DNA of 64,000 nucleotides from positions 5,146,001 to 5,210,000 of the forward strand of contig CM035351.1 in the NCBI GenBank assembly GCA_020137815.1, in the 5' to 3' direction. The DNA is from Hormiphora californensis. Its lineage: Eukaryota > Animalia > Ctenophora. Positions 1 through 26,940 of this stretch are shown one piece after another (positions within the stretch are counted from its first letter, which is position 1; each line of letters begins with the position of its first letter). Position numbers and translations under genes: made by a program. The notes under the pieces were generated by a model that saw nothing but the letters and a program-made list of their open reading frames with translations, was not told where the DNA came from and did not search any database.

Positions 1-374
1 TGCTTCCACCCCTCACTGATCAAGATTAGCTCTCTAATCTCCATCAAACTACACATCCAAAGTGAATATTTTAGTCCAATTCACCCTGTTTGTTTCTCTT
101 GTGTGTTTTAATGATGCAGTTTGTAATCCCGGCAGTTTATTCGGGCGGCAGTTTGAACTACAAGTATGTTATTCATCGTTTGACTGTCACACAAGAAATT
201 ATCCCACAAATTATCCATGTTATTTGTAGTCCTCCCCGCGCTAACAACAAATTATCCATGTTATCAGCCCATAGAAATCCTTGATGAGTTGTTCCTACAT
301 GTAACTTGATCGGCATCTAAGGGTTTCACTGTTCCCTATAACGGCAATGTGACGAACCGAACACTAAACTATCC

Positions 375-915
375 CAACAAGTTAGCTCACTGTTCCCCAC
401 AGCAACAAGTTAGCTCACTGTTCCCCACAGCAACAAGTTAGCTCACTGTTCCCCACAGCAACAAGTTAGCTCACTGTTCCCCACAGCAACAAGTTAGCTC
501 ACTGTTCCCCACAGCAACAAGTTAGCTCACTGTTCCCCACAGCAACAAGTTAGCTCACTGTTCCCCACAGCAACAGGTTAGCTCACTGTTCCCCACAGCA
601 ACAAGTTAGCTCACTGTTCCCCACAGCAACAAGTTAGCTCACTGTTCCCCACAGCAACAAGTTAGCTCACTGTTCCCCACAGCAACAAGTTAGCTCACTG
701 TTCCCCACAGCAACAAGTTAGCTCACTGTTCCCCACAGCAACAAGTTAGCTCACTGTTCCCCACAGCAACAGGTTAGCTCACTGTTCCCCACAGTAACAA
801 GTTAGCTCACTGTTCCCCACAGCAACAGGTTAGCTCACTGTTCCCCACAGCAACAGGTTAGCTCACTGTTCCCCACAGCAACAGGTTAGCTCACTGTTCC
901 CCACAGTAACAAGTT
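375..915. repeat. 28-bp minisatellite, 19 copies plus a partial one (CAACAAGTTAGCTCACTGTTCCCCACAG)
   Basis: Near-perfect tandem array read directly; the few variants are caacag/taacaa. Confidence 0.97.
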
Positions 916-926
916 CTCTTTTTCAG

Positions 927-1972
927 GAAAAGTGTTGCTGTGATATTATCAGAGAGTAGCATCAGTTCAGACGAAGAAGAGGGGAATGCGACAAAACCAA
1001 AGTATGTGTTTGTCTTCTGGTTCTGGTCTCGAAAGTAGAAGCTAGATTCTCATATTTAGCTACCCACACCCCCATTGTTTATCAAGACCCACCCCATTGT
1101 TTCAGGCTACCAGCTGCTATCATAATAAGCGAAGGGGAGGATGCAGATGAGGATTACCAACCAACGGAGGTACGTACCTACCACATTACATTCTTTAGCA
1201 GTTAGTTAGGAACAATTGAGTATTAAATTACCTCGTTTTGAGAGAGAATCAGTTGAAGTAACAGAAGCCCCTAACAAAAGTTCAATTTCAGGAACCTAAA
1301 GAGGCAACAGATAAATTCTTTGAAAAACTGAAGAACCTGCAAGACACTCGAAACCAGCAAAGTCCAAGATACGCACAAAACACATTACCAATGAAAATGG
1401 TAGACCCACATGAACGGGGTCCGACCATGATCAACAGAAAACACTGCTACTTCGGCCAAACTGTCCACAAAGAGCACAACTACAGTTCATCCATCGCTGG
1501 ACCATCCAATCCGGAGTGCCGGGTAACACCTCACCGAAAATTTTGGAAGAAACGGAATAAATCGTACCAATTGGAGTACAAAAAGTTTACAGACACTCTT
1601 GAAAAACCGGCGTATGTTATGAGTGAGCCGTGGATGTTTGTTCCTGTTTTATCAGATATCGACGGAGAGCTAACGACCTTGAAAACAGGGTTAGGATTTG
1701 AAGAAGTGGCGAGGGCCATGCTGAAAAAGGAACAACCTTGTAGTGCTAAGACTGTCAAGGAGTTGGTATGTGCCAGATGTGACATTGACTTTTCTTTTGA
1801 GTGGTTCACGTTCAAAGCACAGCGGTTGTGTGGGATGTGTTATAAACGGGAGGTGAAGAACCGTAATGGGGTGATTTATTGGACTGAGGTTACATCACAG
1901 GTCCGGGAGTTTACGAAACGGGAAAATATTAGGAAACCTTCAACTCCAGTTGCAGCCCCGAAAATACCCTAA
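927..1972 (+). CDS. 3' part of a spliced gene of unknown function with a C-terminal CxxC...CxxC (Zn-finger-like) segment; exons 927-1001, 1106-1169, 1292-1972
   Basis: GT-AG introns join in phase (KSVAVILSESSISSDEEEG.../LPAAIIISEGEDADEDY.../EPKEATDKFF...) and run in frame into ORF 1391-1972, which contains CARC...CGMC. The 5' end was not located. Confidence 0.7.
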
Positions 1973-3116
1973 TTTATTGCACTGTTTTTTAATTCACATT
2001 TTGATATAAAACTCGAGCTTGTTTGAATGGACTGAGGGAAGGCAGATTTTTAAACTTGTCCACCAATTGGAATTTGCTTTCATTTGTAACCACTGAATTT
2101 ACTTTCACCTGTTGATATTTTGAGTGTTTCTGCATCAGGCGACCCAGCTCCAAATGCTATAAATGACATGCTCCGCATCAAAACGCCCGCCAACCCTGTG
2201 ACCGTATTGCGCGGTGACGAGTCAAAAGGATGTTTTAGCGCGGGGCCATTTTAAGCGTGTGCGCGTAACAACGAAGTGTTGACACCGCGCGCAGTTGCAC
2301 TTTTATAAGGATCATGTCGGCGCGCCGTCCATATCTAATCCCACACATACCAATCAGACCGGGCAGCTTTGGAACTGGTCTTGCACACGGTGTGCTTCTA
2401 TTTCGGCTATTTCTCTCCAACAGTCTCTCTCCTCCTTCTAAAGTGGACCACGTGGGATGCTGCTTCTATTCACGGCTATTCGGTGATGACTACTACTAGA
2501 CCAAAGTTAGAACAAGGATAAGATGTGAGTGAAAAGAGAAAGATGTGAGTTATAGGGGATGATCTCTCTCACTCTCACTCTCTCTCTCTCTCTCTCTCTC
2601 ACTGCGTGTCATTACATGATTGGGTAATCACGGACGATCCACACCATTATTCCTCATCGCTAAATCATCATGGTTCACACTACTTAACTTGGAGTAGAAA
2701 TATCACTACTTCATACGCATGGACGGATATGATTCGACTGTGTGTCTGCTTTCAATAAGATCATATCGAAAACACATTAGATTTGGGTTGGGTAAAGTAG
2801 TACTGTATATGTATTTGAGGAGCAATATATATTGTACACACAAAGAGACCCATACACACTCCAATACAATGTCAAACAATTCTCCTCCTCCTCTATCCCT
2901 ATATTGTCCAACCTTCTCTGGTTCCCACTATTACAGCAAGAAGGGACTCCTTCCCTTCTAACCTGGTTCCCACTATTAATAGCAAGGAGTTAAGGGGCTG
3001 TTCCCCTGATGCTGCCCTTCTACTCTTGGGTCAAATTGTTCAATATAACGGTCTCACAAACACGTAGCGCAAAGTAACATATGCAAATCAACCTATATAT
3101 TTCTAATGACAGTCAA

Positions 3117-15084
<11,968 letters not shown>

Positions 15085-15314
15085 GTTTCTCTACATTCTG
15101 CTAGAGATTTTATGTTAAGCTGTGAGGTTGGAAGTGCAAAGTGTTGCAGGCAGCTAAAAACAGTAAAATTACTGGCAGCTGCCGTAGACACAGCGTGATT
15201 AATGAAGCAGAAGAGCGAAAGTGCAAAAGTGAAACACTTTGGCCTATGCTACAGGCCCTCAAAGCCCTAGAAGCCGTGGAAAACGCGCGCACTTGGGGTC
15301 TGCAGCGCATGCCA

Positions 15315-15710
15315 ATAAGGAACCATAATAAAGTTCAAGAGCCTCCAAGAGCGCACCACAATCAAGAGAGACCAAAATCAAGAGCACACCACAATCAAGA
15401 GAGACCAAAATCAAGAGCACACCACAATCAAGAGAGACCAAATCAAGGGCGCACCACAATCAAGAGAGACCAAATTCAAGAGCGCACCACATCTGGTTTC
15501 TTCTGGATAGGGAGCTCTCTTGGATGAGGTGCGCTCTTGATTTGGTCTCTCTTGATAGTGGTGCGCTCTTGATTTGGTCTCTCTTGATTGTGGTTCGCTC
15601 TTGATTTTGGTCTCTCTTGATTGTGGTGCGCTCTTGATTGTGGTCTCTCTTGGATGGGGTGCGCTCTTGGGCGCTCTTGGAGGCTCTTGAACTTTATTAT
15701 GGTTCCTTAT
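15315..15710. mobile_element. Foldback-like element with inverted arms built from ~33-bp tandem subrepeats
   Basis: ATAAGGAACCATAATAAAGTTCAAGAGCC...GGCTCTTGAACTTTATTATGGTTCCTTAT; internal repeat CACCACAATCAAGAGAGACCAAAATCAAGAGC mirrored on the other arm. Confidence 0.85.
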
Positions 15711-16172
15711 GAAACACTGCGACTGACTTTTTTGAGTTCAGCTGAGTTGAAATTTAATGAAACTCAGAACGCGCGCGAGATTTTTTTGCAATATGCGCGG
15801 CTCAAACATTGCGCGTCAAAGCAAAGTGCTGAAAAAGTGTGCTTTGATTTTGTTAAGATTCTGAGCGCGCAACAACATGATCTGCACGTTGCTAAAACAG
15901 GACTGCAAAATTGATGAACGAGGGATGTTGCAGCAGCAAGACGAAAGAAGCACGCAAAGATTTTCTCAGTTTTTCGAATGCATCTATACTGGAGCAGAAT
16001 CAAATCCAAAAACAATAGTTCTCTCTCCACACGATAATAAACAGTTCAACTGTGTGAATTTGGTACAGCTTATTTCTTTACACACACTTTTTTTATTTTC
16101 ATCATAAAAACATAAACCGCTTCTAGGCAAGGGCTAAAATCATATTGTTCTCCTATCTGGTGTATTCATAAA

Positions 16173-19229
<3,057 letters not shown>

Positions 19230-19809
19230 GAGGACACCGGTGCTACAGAGAGAGAGGGGAGGGAGTTAACATTGAACAGATAGAGGAGGAGGGAGGGGTA
19301 TGGAACGCGGAACTGAACAAGGTAGGAGGTTTGGTATCGAAGACACCTCACACTCAGGCCGCATCGCGGCCTTCGTTTGGTGCGCGCCGGCAAGGGAGGG
19401 GTAACTTCGTTACCAAGTAGGAGGTATAAAAGGTCCATATAAGTCAATAGGAAAGGAGGCAGATGGACGATGGTGTGAAAATGATTAATCTTGTCAGCTG
19501 CACAGGTGTACTGCAGCAGTCAGCTGCTGCACGGGTCTACCATGCATCACACATGTGTGGAGACAAATCGATGAGCAATGAGCATGAGAAAATGGAGAGA
19601 AGAGAGGATTGGGGAGAGATAGATGAGGGAGAGAATGGGGAGAGGAAGAGTTGAGAAAGAGAGATAGAGGTGGAGAGGATGTAGATGATAGAAACTCATA
19701 TCGAAAGCAGGACTTCTGTAAACGACAGACACACAGGGTTATACACAGAAGAGAGATGTAAAGATTGTTCACGATAGACAATTACTATCTACGACCACCA
19801 CACGGTATT

Positions 19810-19823
19810 GAAACCATAGCAAC
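19810..19823. promoter_or_regulatory. X-box-like site GAAACCATAGCAAC upstream of tektin
   Basis: Strong half site (ATAGCAAC) about 590 bp upstream of the ATG. Confidence 0.45.
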
Positions 19824-20167
19824 CAACGAGAGAGGGAGAGAGCTATAGATAGCGAGAGAGGGCTTCTAACGAGGATTGAAGGTCTCTCCGTGCACTATTC
19901 CTGCATGTCATCTCTCACTCATAACTCTCTTTCTCTCTCCGTGGCCTATATTCTAACAAGTTAATAACTTACGACATTTTCTTGAATAAACATTACAAAA
20001 AATCTACTGAAATTTAATCTACGGAATTTTATATATTTACAACTAAAAGACAGTTATTTACATTTTTACAAATGTTAAATTGTGTTAAAGTGTCCCAGGA
20101 ACTATGTTTAATCATGTTTAAAGCTCTGTCAAAGAGGTGATATAAAGTTGGTCGAAAGTGTTAAAAT

Positions 20168-20941
20168 CTATGCTGCGGCATTCACGACTTTCTTCATTCT
20201 GACTTTCCTCGGGATTGGCTGAGATAGGTCACATACTCGCTGGGACGCCTGGGCTGCTTTGGCCCCTGAGGATACTTTCCACACGTTCGGGTTCTCCTCA
20301 AGTTCCTTTCTGTCCTTGGGCCGGGCTAGCTGGCAGATGTGAGAGGAAGCTTTAGCGGACATGGTCTTGGGATGAACGACACTCTGTACTGGACAGGGTG
20401 GCAGATAGGCAGCATGGGTGTTCTTTGCTTCGGCCAAGGATTCAACTCGAGATGAAGCGACTCCCTTGAGAGCAGCCGGGCTGATTTCTGAGCTCCACTC
20501 GCTATAATCCCAGCCAGTTCCTTCCTTAACGGGCAGAGAGGCACACTTTTTGGGAACTGCAAGTTGCGATAATCTCTCAGTAGCGACAGCCTTCAGTGCT
20601 CCAGATGTTACAACCGATTGAACGGGGCCACGGGCAGTCCAATCGGGGTGGAGATTCTTAGGTTTCGATAAGTTTAAAACACCAGCGGAAGCGGAAGCAG
20701 ATTTAGCACCAGCAGACACAGCCCAAATCGGCGAGGGACGGTCTTGCGCAAAATTGTTGTGGTATGGCTTTGGGTCGCACAGCTGACCCTGCCTATCAGT
20801 CAGCAAAAACTTCGTGGATGCATTAGGATTACTCTTTACAATCTTCGACTCCGCATAAACAGACCGTTTGTCTTCAATAAACCCAGCAGGCAATGGTTTT
20901 GCTCTTGCCAAATCGGATATGCGTGCAGATTTTGTAGCCAT
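20168..20941 (-). CDS. THEG-repeat (testicular haploid expressed gene-like) axonemal microtubule-associated protein, intronless ORF
   Basis: Repeated motifs RISDLARAK, RLSQLAVPK, RVESLAEAK, HICQLARPK and RVCDLSQP, preceded by W.VS..A..A..S. A splice acceptor lies 2 nt before ATG 20941, so upstream exons are possible. Confidence 0.82.
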   Translation of the reverse strand: MATKSARISDLARAKPLPAGFIEDKRSVYAESKIVKSNPNASTKFLLTDRQGQLCDPKPYHNNFAQDRPSPIWAVSAGAKSASASAGVLNLSKPKNLHPDWTARGPVQSVVTSGALKAVATERLSQLAVPKKCASLPVKEGTGWDYSEWSSEISPAALKGVASSRVESLAEAKNTHAAYLPPCPVQSVVHPKTMSAKASSHICQLARPKDRKELEENPNVWKVSSGAKAAQASQRVCDLSQPIPRKVRMKKVVNAAA

Positions 20942-21380
20942 GCCTGTGAACAAATGCATCATGCAATAGCGAAAATAACCGAAAATTTAATCACAAATTT
21001 GAAAAATGAAATGAGAACTTGCCCATCAGACAGCAATTACACAGTGGTAGAATCTGGCAGCAGACAAACCAAACCTCTCTAAAAAGGCATCAAATAACTA
21101 GCAAGCTAAAGGATCAATCAAATAATAGCAGCATAGAACGGTATGCATACTAAAAGATCAACATTTCACTTAGCTAGGTTCATTTCCAGCTGATAAGTCT
21201 AGATGCACTACGACAGAGGATACCATGCGTCTCCATGACACTGTGCTCCTTTATCAAATTTTTTGTTGCGATTCTGATTTGAGCATTCGATTGAAGTTCT
21301 CGCGCGCCGCGCGAATCAACTGCGCAGCGATCAAAAACCAAGTCTGCGCGCTCCGTATTCGGTGAATATTGAGCGCGTTA

Positions 21381-21984
21381 GGCTATAAGCATACTGATCG
21401 TGATGATCATAATCAGGTCAGTGTGCGGACGTTTTGATGGTCACCATCAAAGGAGCGCACACACTGATGGTTATCATCATGATGGAGGCTTGATGCATCA
21501 TGATGTTCTCAAACCATAGTGTGTTCACGTTTGATCATCATGAACCATAGTGTGCTCACGTTTGATCATCATAAACCATGCTCAACTTGCTGGAACTTGC
21601 CTTTTGATCATGATCATCATGACCAGTGTGCTCAGCATGATGATGCTATCTCCCGGGAGCTCCCCCTTGCCTAGTCGCGCGCTCTGAGAGGCTGTTGCAT
21701 ATCACGTGACCTGTACAACAGCCTCTCGCGCGCGCGAAGTCGTACCACGTGGTACATATCACATGACTACAGTGCAGCCCTCCACAAGAATAAGATCAAA
21801 ACCTGCGCACACTAGGTGTTGATGATCATCATCCAACTTAAGAGACGGCTCCAGGGCCAGCTCTTACGTGATGATCATAATGTTCCGCACACTGTAGTTT
21901 TTTGCAGATGATGATGATCAAAACCATGAGCACACTTCATCTTTTTAACTGATTATGATCATCACGATCAGTATGCTTATAGCC
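21381..21984. mobile_element. MITE with ~36-bp TIRs, rich in GATCAT motifs, flanked by (T)TA/TA(A)
   Basis: GGCTATAAGCATACTGATCGTGATGATCATAATCAG...CTGATTATGATCATCACGATCAGTATGCTTATAGCC. Confidence 0.85.
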
Positions 21985-22500
21985 TAATACGAGAGCGCTG
22001 ACAAGCGTCTGAATATTTGTAGCAAAATAAAACGATTTTATTTAGAATTAAATTAAAACAGATGAGTGATGACGAATACAATTTTTGGTCAGTTGTGGAA
22101 TAAAATTGGAAATTAAAGCCTGCAGTTGTCCACTTCCACTTCCAGTCACAATTCAGAAAAAAAAACAGCTAAACTTAAAATAATACAGCAGGTCCAAATT
22201 GTCTTTAAAACAGTAACTACTAACTAAAGATTTTGTAGGCATTTTAACACTTTGCCTGTAGCGTTATCCATAAGCAATTACTTGTTAAAGAATAAATTAC
22301 ATATGTAACTGAACTGATCAAGCTTAAAATATTATAAGTTAAGCTTGACCAATTCATGAATAGTCCATTTAAACACTCAGTTATGTCATTAGCATATAAT
22401 CTTCAGGAGATCAGATAGGAGTTTCAGTTGGTAACGAAATTACCCCTCGTAATGACTACAAGCTAGGGATAATTTCGTTACCAGGAGTTTCAGCTGTAAT

Positions 22501-25500
22501 TCAGTATTGGAGTGCGGTGTCGAATGATAGCTCAGTGTCATCCAGATAAGTGCAGCTGGAGACGTATTTGCTTCGTTTCTCCGCCAACCGCAGGTCAACC
22601 ATGCTGTAACACATGTCAATGATAGCCTTGGTAACATCTCGTCCCTTTATTCCCAACGTATTGTTCATCTGGAAAGAGATTAAAGTGATTATTGATATTG
22701 TCAGTTGTCACTCTGGAAGTGGACTGTGGAGGGAGAAAGGAGAGTGCTAGGAAATCTCGACCAGTAACGAGAATTTTGTGAGAGATAGAAAGATAGAGCC
22801 CAACTCTCTATTAGAGGTAAGCGAGAGAGGGTGATTGAAGACAAGCAGGGGATGGTACCTGTGGTGAAATGAAAAAAGAACGGTGATTAAAATGGGGGGG
22901 GGGGGGTGGCTGGGGATGGGATTAAAAAGTAAGAACATTGGCCCCAACTCGATATGAGAAAATGGGACCCTCACTTTCTAATATCTATCGAGTGAGAAAA
23001 GAAGGTAATGAGATACTGCAGAGCGCTGCAGGTTTGTTACAGTACTGCACTACCATAATCATGATTACAATGGATCGAACGGGGAGATTGCTGGAGACCA
23101 AGAAAATAAATTGTAGGGGGTCGGAGGGCATAATACAAATTATGCAATGTATCGAGGCCTCCTGAACATAATATTATATCAACATAATATTATATGTTCA
23201 ACATATTGATAAAATAATGAAGTAGCTTCTTGACTCAAGATTGAACGATATATCACATATATCATTTGAGGAATGAAAAGTATCTTACCGTAGATGTATC
23301 ATAAGTGACGATTTTGCCGATACTGTTTGATACAAATCTGGCTGACTTGTTGAGGGCAGCTGCAATGGAGAGGGCCCAGTCAGGCATATCGCGAACCTGA
23401 ACCTGAGAATTTGGATTGAATTGAGTGGAACTGTCGTCAGAGAGGTTAGGGATGAGGCCAAGAGGTGTATATGTGCTAATCGAATATTAGACATGTTTCC
23501 AGTCTGTCTGCTGCAGCTCTCAAACCAGGACGAATGGACAGACTGCATAGCATGGCAAATCAGTATGAGCCACATCTCACCTTGTATCCTTGAGGAGAAA
23601 AGTTGGTTGAAATCGTCTGAGCAATATCTCGTAGCCAGAAGTTTTCTGTACTGAGAGGAGTCAGGAGAGATAGCTTGGTTAGACATGGTCGAGAGAGAGA
23701 GCTAGAGGACCCTGGACCGAGATACCGGATTTAATTCCCATATACCAAAACCTAGGGACCAAAAACTTACTGTACGATGATTCGCTTTCCCTTAGCTTCT
23801 GGCACGAGCATGGCAGCAATATGGGCATCTGCCACATCTCTCACATCTACTAGAGGCAGGTATATCTTGGGAAGCATGTTGTAACCACCCTCCAGTATCC
23901 TCTTTATCAACTGAGGGGGAGGGAGGTCAATAGTTATAATATTCAAGAAAACACGGTGACTTTTGGGGCTGTGGCATTGCCACCACAAGGTGATTTCCGG
24001 GAAAGTGAGGGGGTCCATTTGTTGAATATGTAACTGGTAACCCCTTACTCAACAAGTGGCCATCAGAAGCTGGTGATTTTCCAGGAAACTCGCCCGATAT
24101 GTTTCTGGATAAGTTCATAGATAATCATGAAGCTTCAAGCTCTGCACTTGGTTTGAATAAAACAATTCACCCCACCTCTCTACTTTACACAACATAGCAA
24201 CATACCAGCATCGAAGTACACTCCCCCACCAGAAGTGGTCCAATACACATGGTGGGATTTATGACAGCCAACTCAAAGTCAGAATTCTGTGCAATCTCCC
24301 AAGCAGTGCGTTCCGCCACTACCTTACTCAGCGAGTAAGGGTCAGATGTATTTTTGAAGTTCCACTCGTCCCCCGTGTAATGCCTGCTGTCAGCCTGGAT
24401 ACCACCTGAAATCGATCGAGAGCTTTGTTTCCTGTGTGTCTTGATTAGTCTGTCGGCTCTCACACTTGACGAATTTAGCCCGATGTGAGCTACAGCTACG
24501 ACTAGACAGGGTGCCATAGAATTAGACAGTCCCCATGCAACACCTATTGCTGTTCGACACAGACCCGGATCACCACACTCTCACAAACCTGAGATAGCAG
24601 AGATGCTACTGGTCATAATGACCCGTTTAACTGTTCCTGCCCTCTTGCACGCCTCTAGGACTCGCTTGGTGCACTCCACCGCTGGTTCCATCACTTTCTT
24701 GGCTTTCTCCATCTTCCCCTCCGAGAAGGGAGATGCAACATGGATAACGTACTTGCAACCTTGGACAGCCCTAAGGGAATATATTGGGGTAGGTAATATT
24801 AAACCCTTAATCCTTATACTGGGGGGGGGGGGGGTTTCAACCTAAAATTTTCGATTTGCCAAAATCTTGGTTACGAAGTCACCCCTATTATTGCATTTAT
24901 ATCCGTGGGGGATAATTTCATTACCAAGTCAAAATCAGGCTATCGATTGAAATTTTTAGGGTTGAATCCCCCTATACTTGTTATAGTTGTGATATACGAG
25001 AGATCTGTCTGGCGCCGCAGATCCCATCTGACTCTGAGCGCACTGTAGTAAGTTCTAAGTTTGAATTGTTATGCTAATTTAAGTAGTACTTGTTGAGTAA
25101 GGGGTGGAGAGTCTCCACCCCTTACTCAACAAGTGGAGACCCTTTGTTCAACAAAGTAGTACGATTATATCAAATCAAACTTGACTCATTTGTCCATATC
25201 TAGTATATGGCACTCTGTAAATCAAGTTGACTTGGTTGAGTTTGAGTCAATAGTAGCGATACGATTCTAGATCTAGCCAAACTTTGACTAGATCTAGAAT
25301 CGTATCGCTCCAATATAAAGCCACAGAACCTGTCAGGCCAATGCTCTGACCACAGTTCTCGCGCTTATTTGAGAGAAGCGAGAATGGGTCAGGCCAATGC
25401 TCTGACAGCACAGAACGCAATAAAGATCATATTACCCAATGAGAGCGAACAACAAACCCACAACAAAGAGCATCTTTATAAGCTTGCTGCAATTTCACCA

Positions 25501-26590
25501 AAATAGAAACTTTCACACAGTGCTATAACAGCTATATTAACTTGGAAATCTTCAAAGTAAAGGAATAATGCAGTAGAGCGAATCGTATTACGAATTGTTG
25601 AGTTGCAACTTGCAAGCTATTGGTTTAGATTAGTGATCATGACTTGCCTTGCTCGACCCTCTCTCACGTCGGAGGGTTAAAACATAACAAGCCATGATGA
25701 TGACGATCGGTTGGGTTTCTCAGAATTAGGTGTAATTATACGTGATCTAATTATTTGGAATGCATTACCTGTCCCAGTTGGTATCGGAGCGAAGATCACA
25801 CTCAAACAGTTTCAGATTGTTCACTGCGTTACGAAACTTTGTTACTGGCCTAACACGTTTACGGTCCATACGTGTTCGTACAGTACCATGGACAATGAAT
25901 CGATCTGAGGTGCAGTGGACTGGTTAGTGTGTATCAAAACATGGTGATTGGTGGACTGTTTAATGTGTCTTCACAAATACAGTGTTTTCAGCATGCAAGG
26001 GTCGAATTAAAGCGTGAACTTTCATTATACAGTCGGACCCCGATTTAGTGGCATCCTCGGGGGGGGGGGGGGGGGGGGAAATCCTGCCACTAAATCGGGG
26101 TGCTAAATCAGGGTCAAATAATATTAATTTCCTATATCGGGAGAAAAAATCCTGCCACTAAATCGGGGTGCCACTAAATCGGGGTGCCACTAAATCGGTG
26201 TGCCACTAAATCGGGGTGCCACTAAATCGGGGGCCACTAAATCGGGGGCCACTAAATCGGGGTCCGACTGTACTTGCATGTGGTTACAAAACCCATATCA
26301 GACATGGGTTTTGTAACCGCATTCATGATGCAAGTATAATTAAAGTTTGGAGGATTAGAACATAACAGGTGTGACATAATGTCACACTTGTTATGTTCTA
26401 ATTCTCCCTTTACATGTTTGTAAAGGAGGTGTGTTTCGGGGGCGGGGCGTCCGAAACACAGTCTTGCTAGGCAATGTCACACATAGTCAATTTCAATCGT
26501 CATACCGGTATTTAATAGTCGCTGTGTGATGTGAGACCCAATAAAACCAGTACATCCAGTGACCAGAACACGAGGGTTTTCAGTGGGCAT
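22501..26590 (-). CDS. NAD(P)-dependent epimerase/dehydratase of the dihydroflavonol-reductase-like extended SDR family, about 364 aa; exons 26590-26506, 25904-25769, 24770-24589, 24405-24206, 23910-23771, 23650-23581, 23402-23289, 22668-22501
   Basis: VLVTGCTGFIGSH (Rossmann fold), VHGTVR, YVIHVASP, KRVIMTSS, catalytic YSLSK, INPT..IGP and VDVRDVADAH. All splice phases are consistent. Confidence 0.92.
26030..26270. mobile_element. Pogo/Tc1-like MITE with TA target site and internal GCCACTAAATCGGGGT repeats; relatives near 32460 and 34563
   Basis: TA-CAGTCGGACCCCGATTTAGTGGC...GCCACTAAATCGGGGTCCGACTG-TA. Confidence 0.88.
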
Positions 26591-26940
26591 CGGAACTGTA
26601 AAATAGAGAGGATTATATAGATTTAGAGGAGTTATCCCAGGGGTAATACACCCCAAAATGGGATTGAGAGCTTTCAAACAAGTAGATATTGCTATAATAG
26701 TATTGAGAATAATCTGCACCTCAGTCTCAAAATATTACTCAGTACCTACCACAAGGAATAATAGTGCATTCATCCAGTGCGGTACTAGACCCGGCATCGT
26801 GAAGCGACAGACACAGACTAATCTCTGTTGTTATACTGGACATGGAGCCCCCTGCTCCAGAGGACATGTCCAGTTCTCCCGGTAGTAGATCTGAACTGAC
26901 TGAACTCATGGTCTGATTGGTCTGGTTGTGGAGGGGTTAA

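Noticed and set aside
375-915. CRISPR-like array of 28-bp repeats
   Set aside because: No unique spacers and no cas genes; it is a plain tandem repeat in eukaryotic DNA.
2130-2500. CpG-rich promoter-like or Helitron-end-like patch between convergent gene ends
   Set aside because: No downstream gene, hairpin-CTRR structure or RNA-gene signature could be established.
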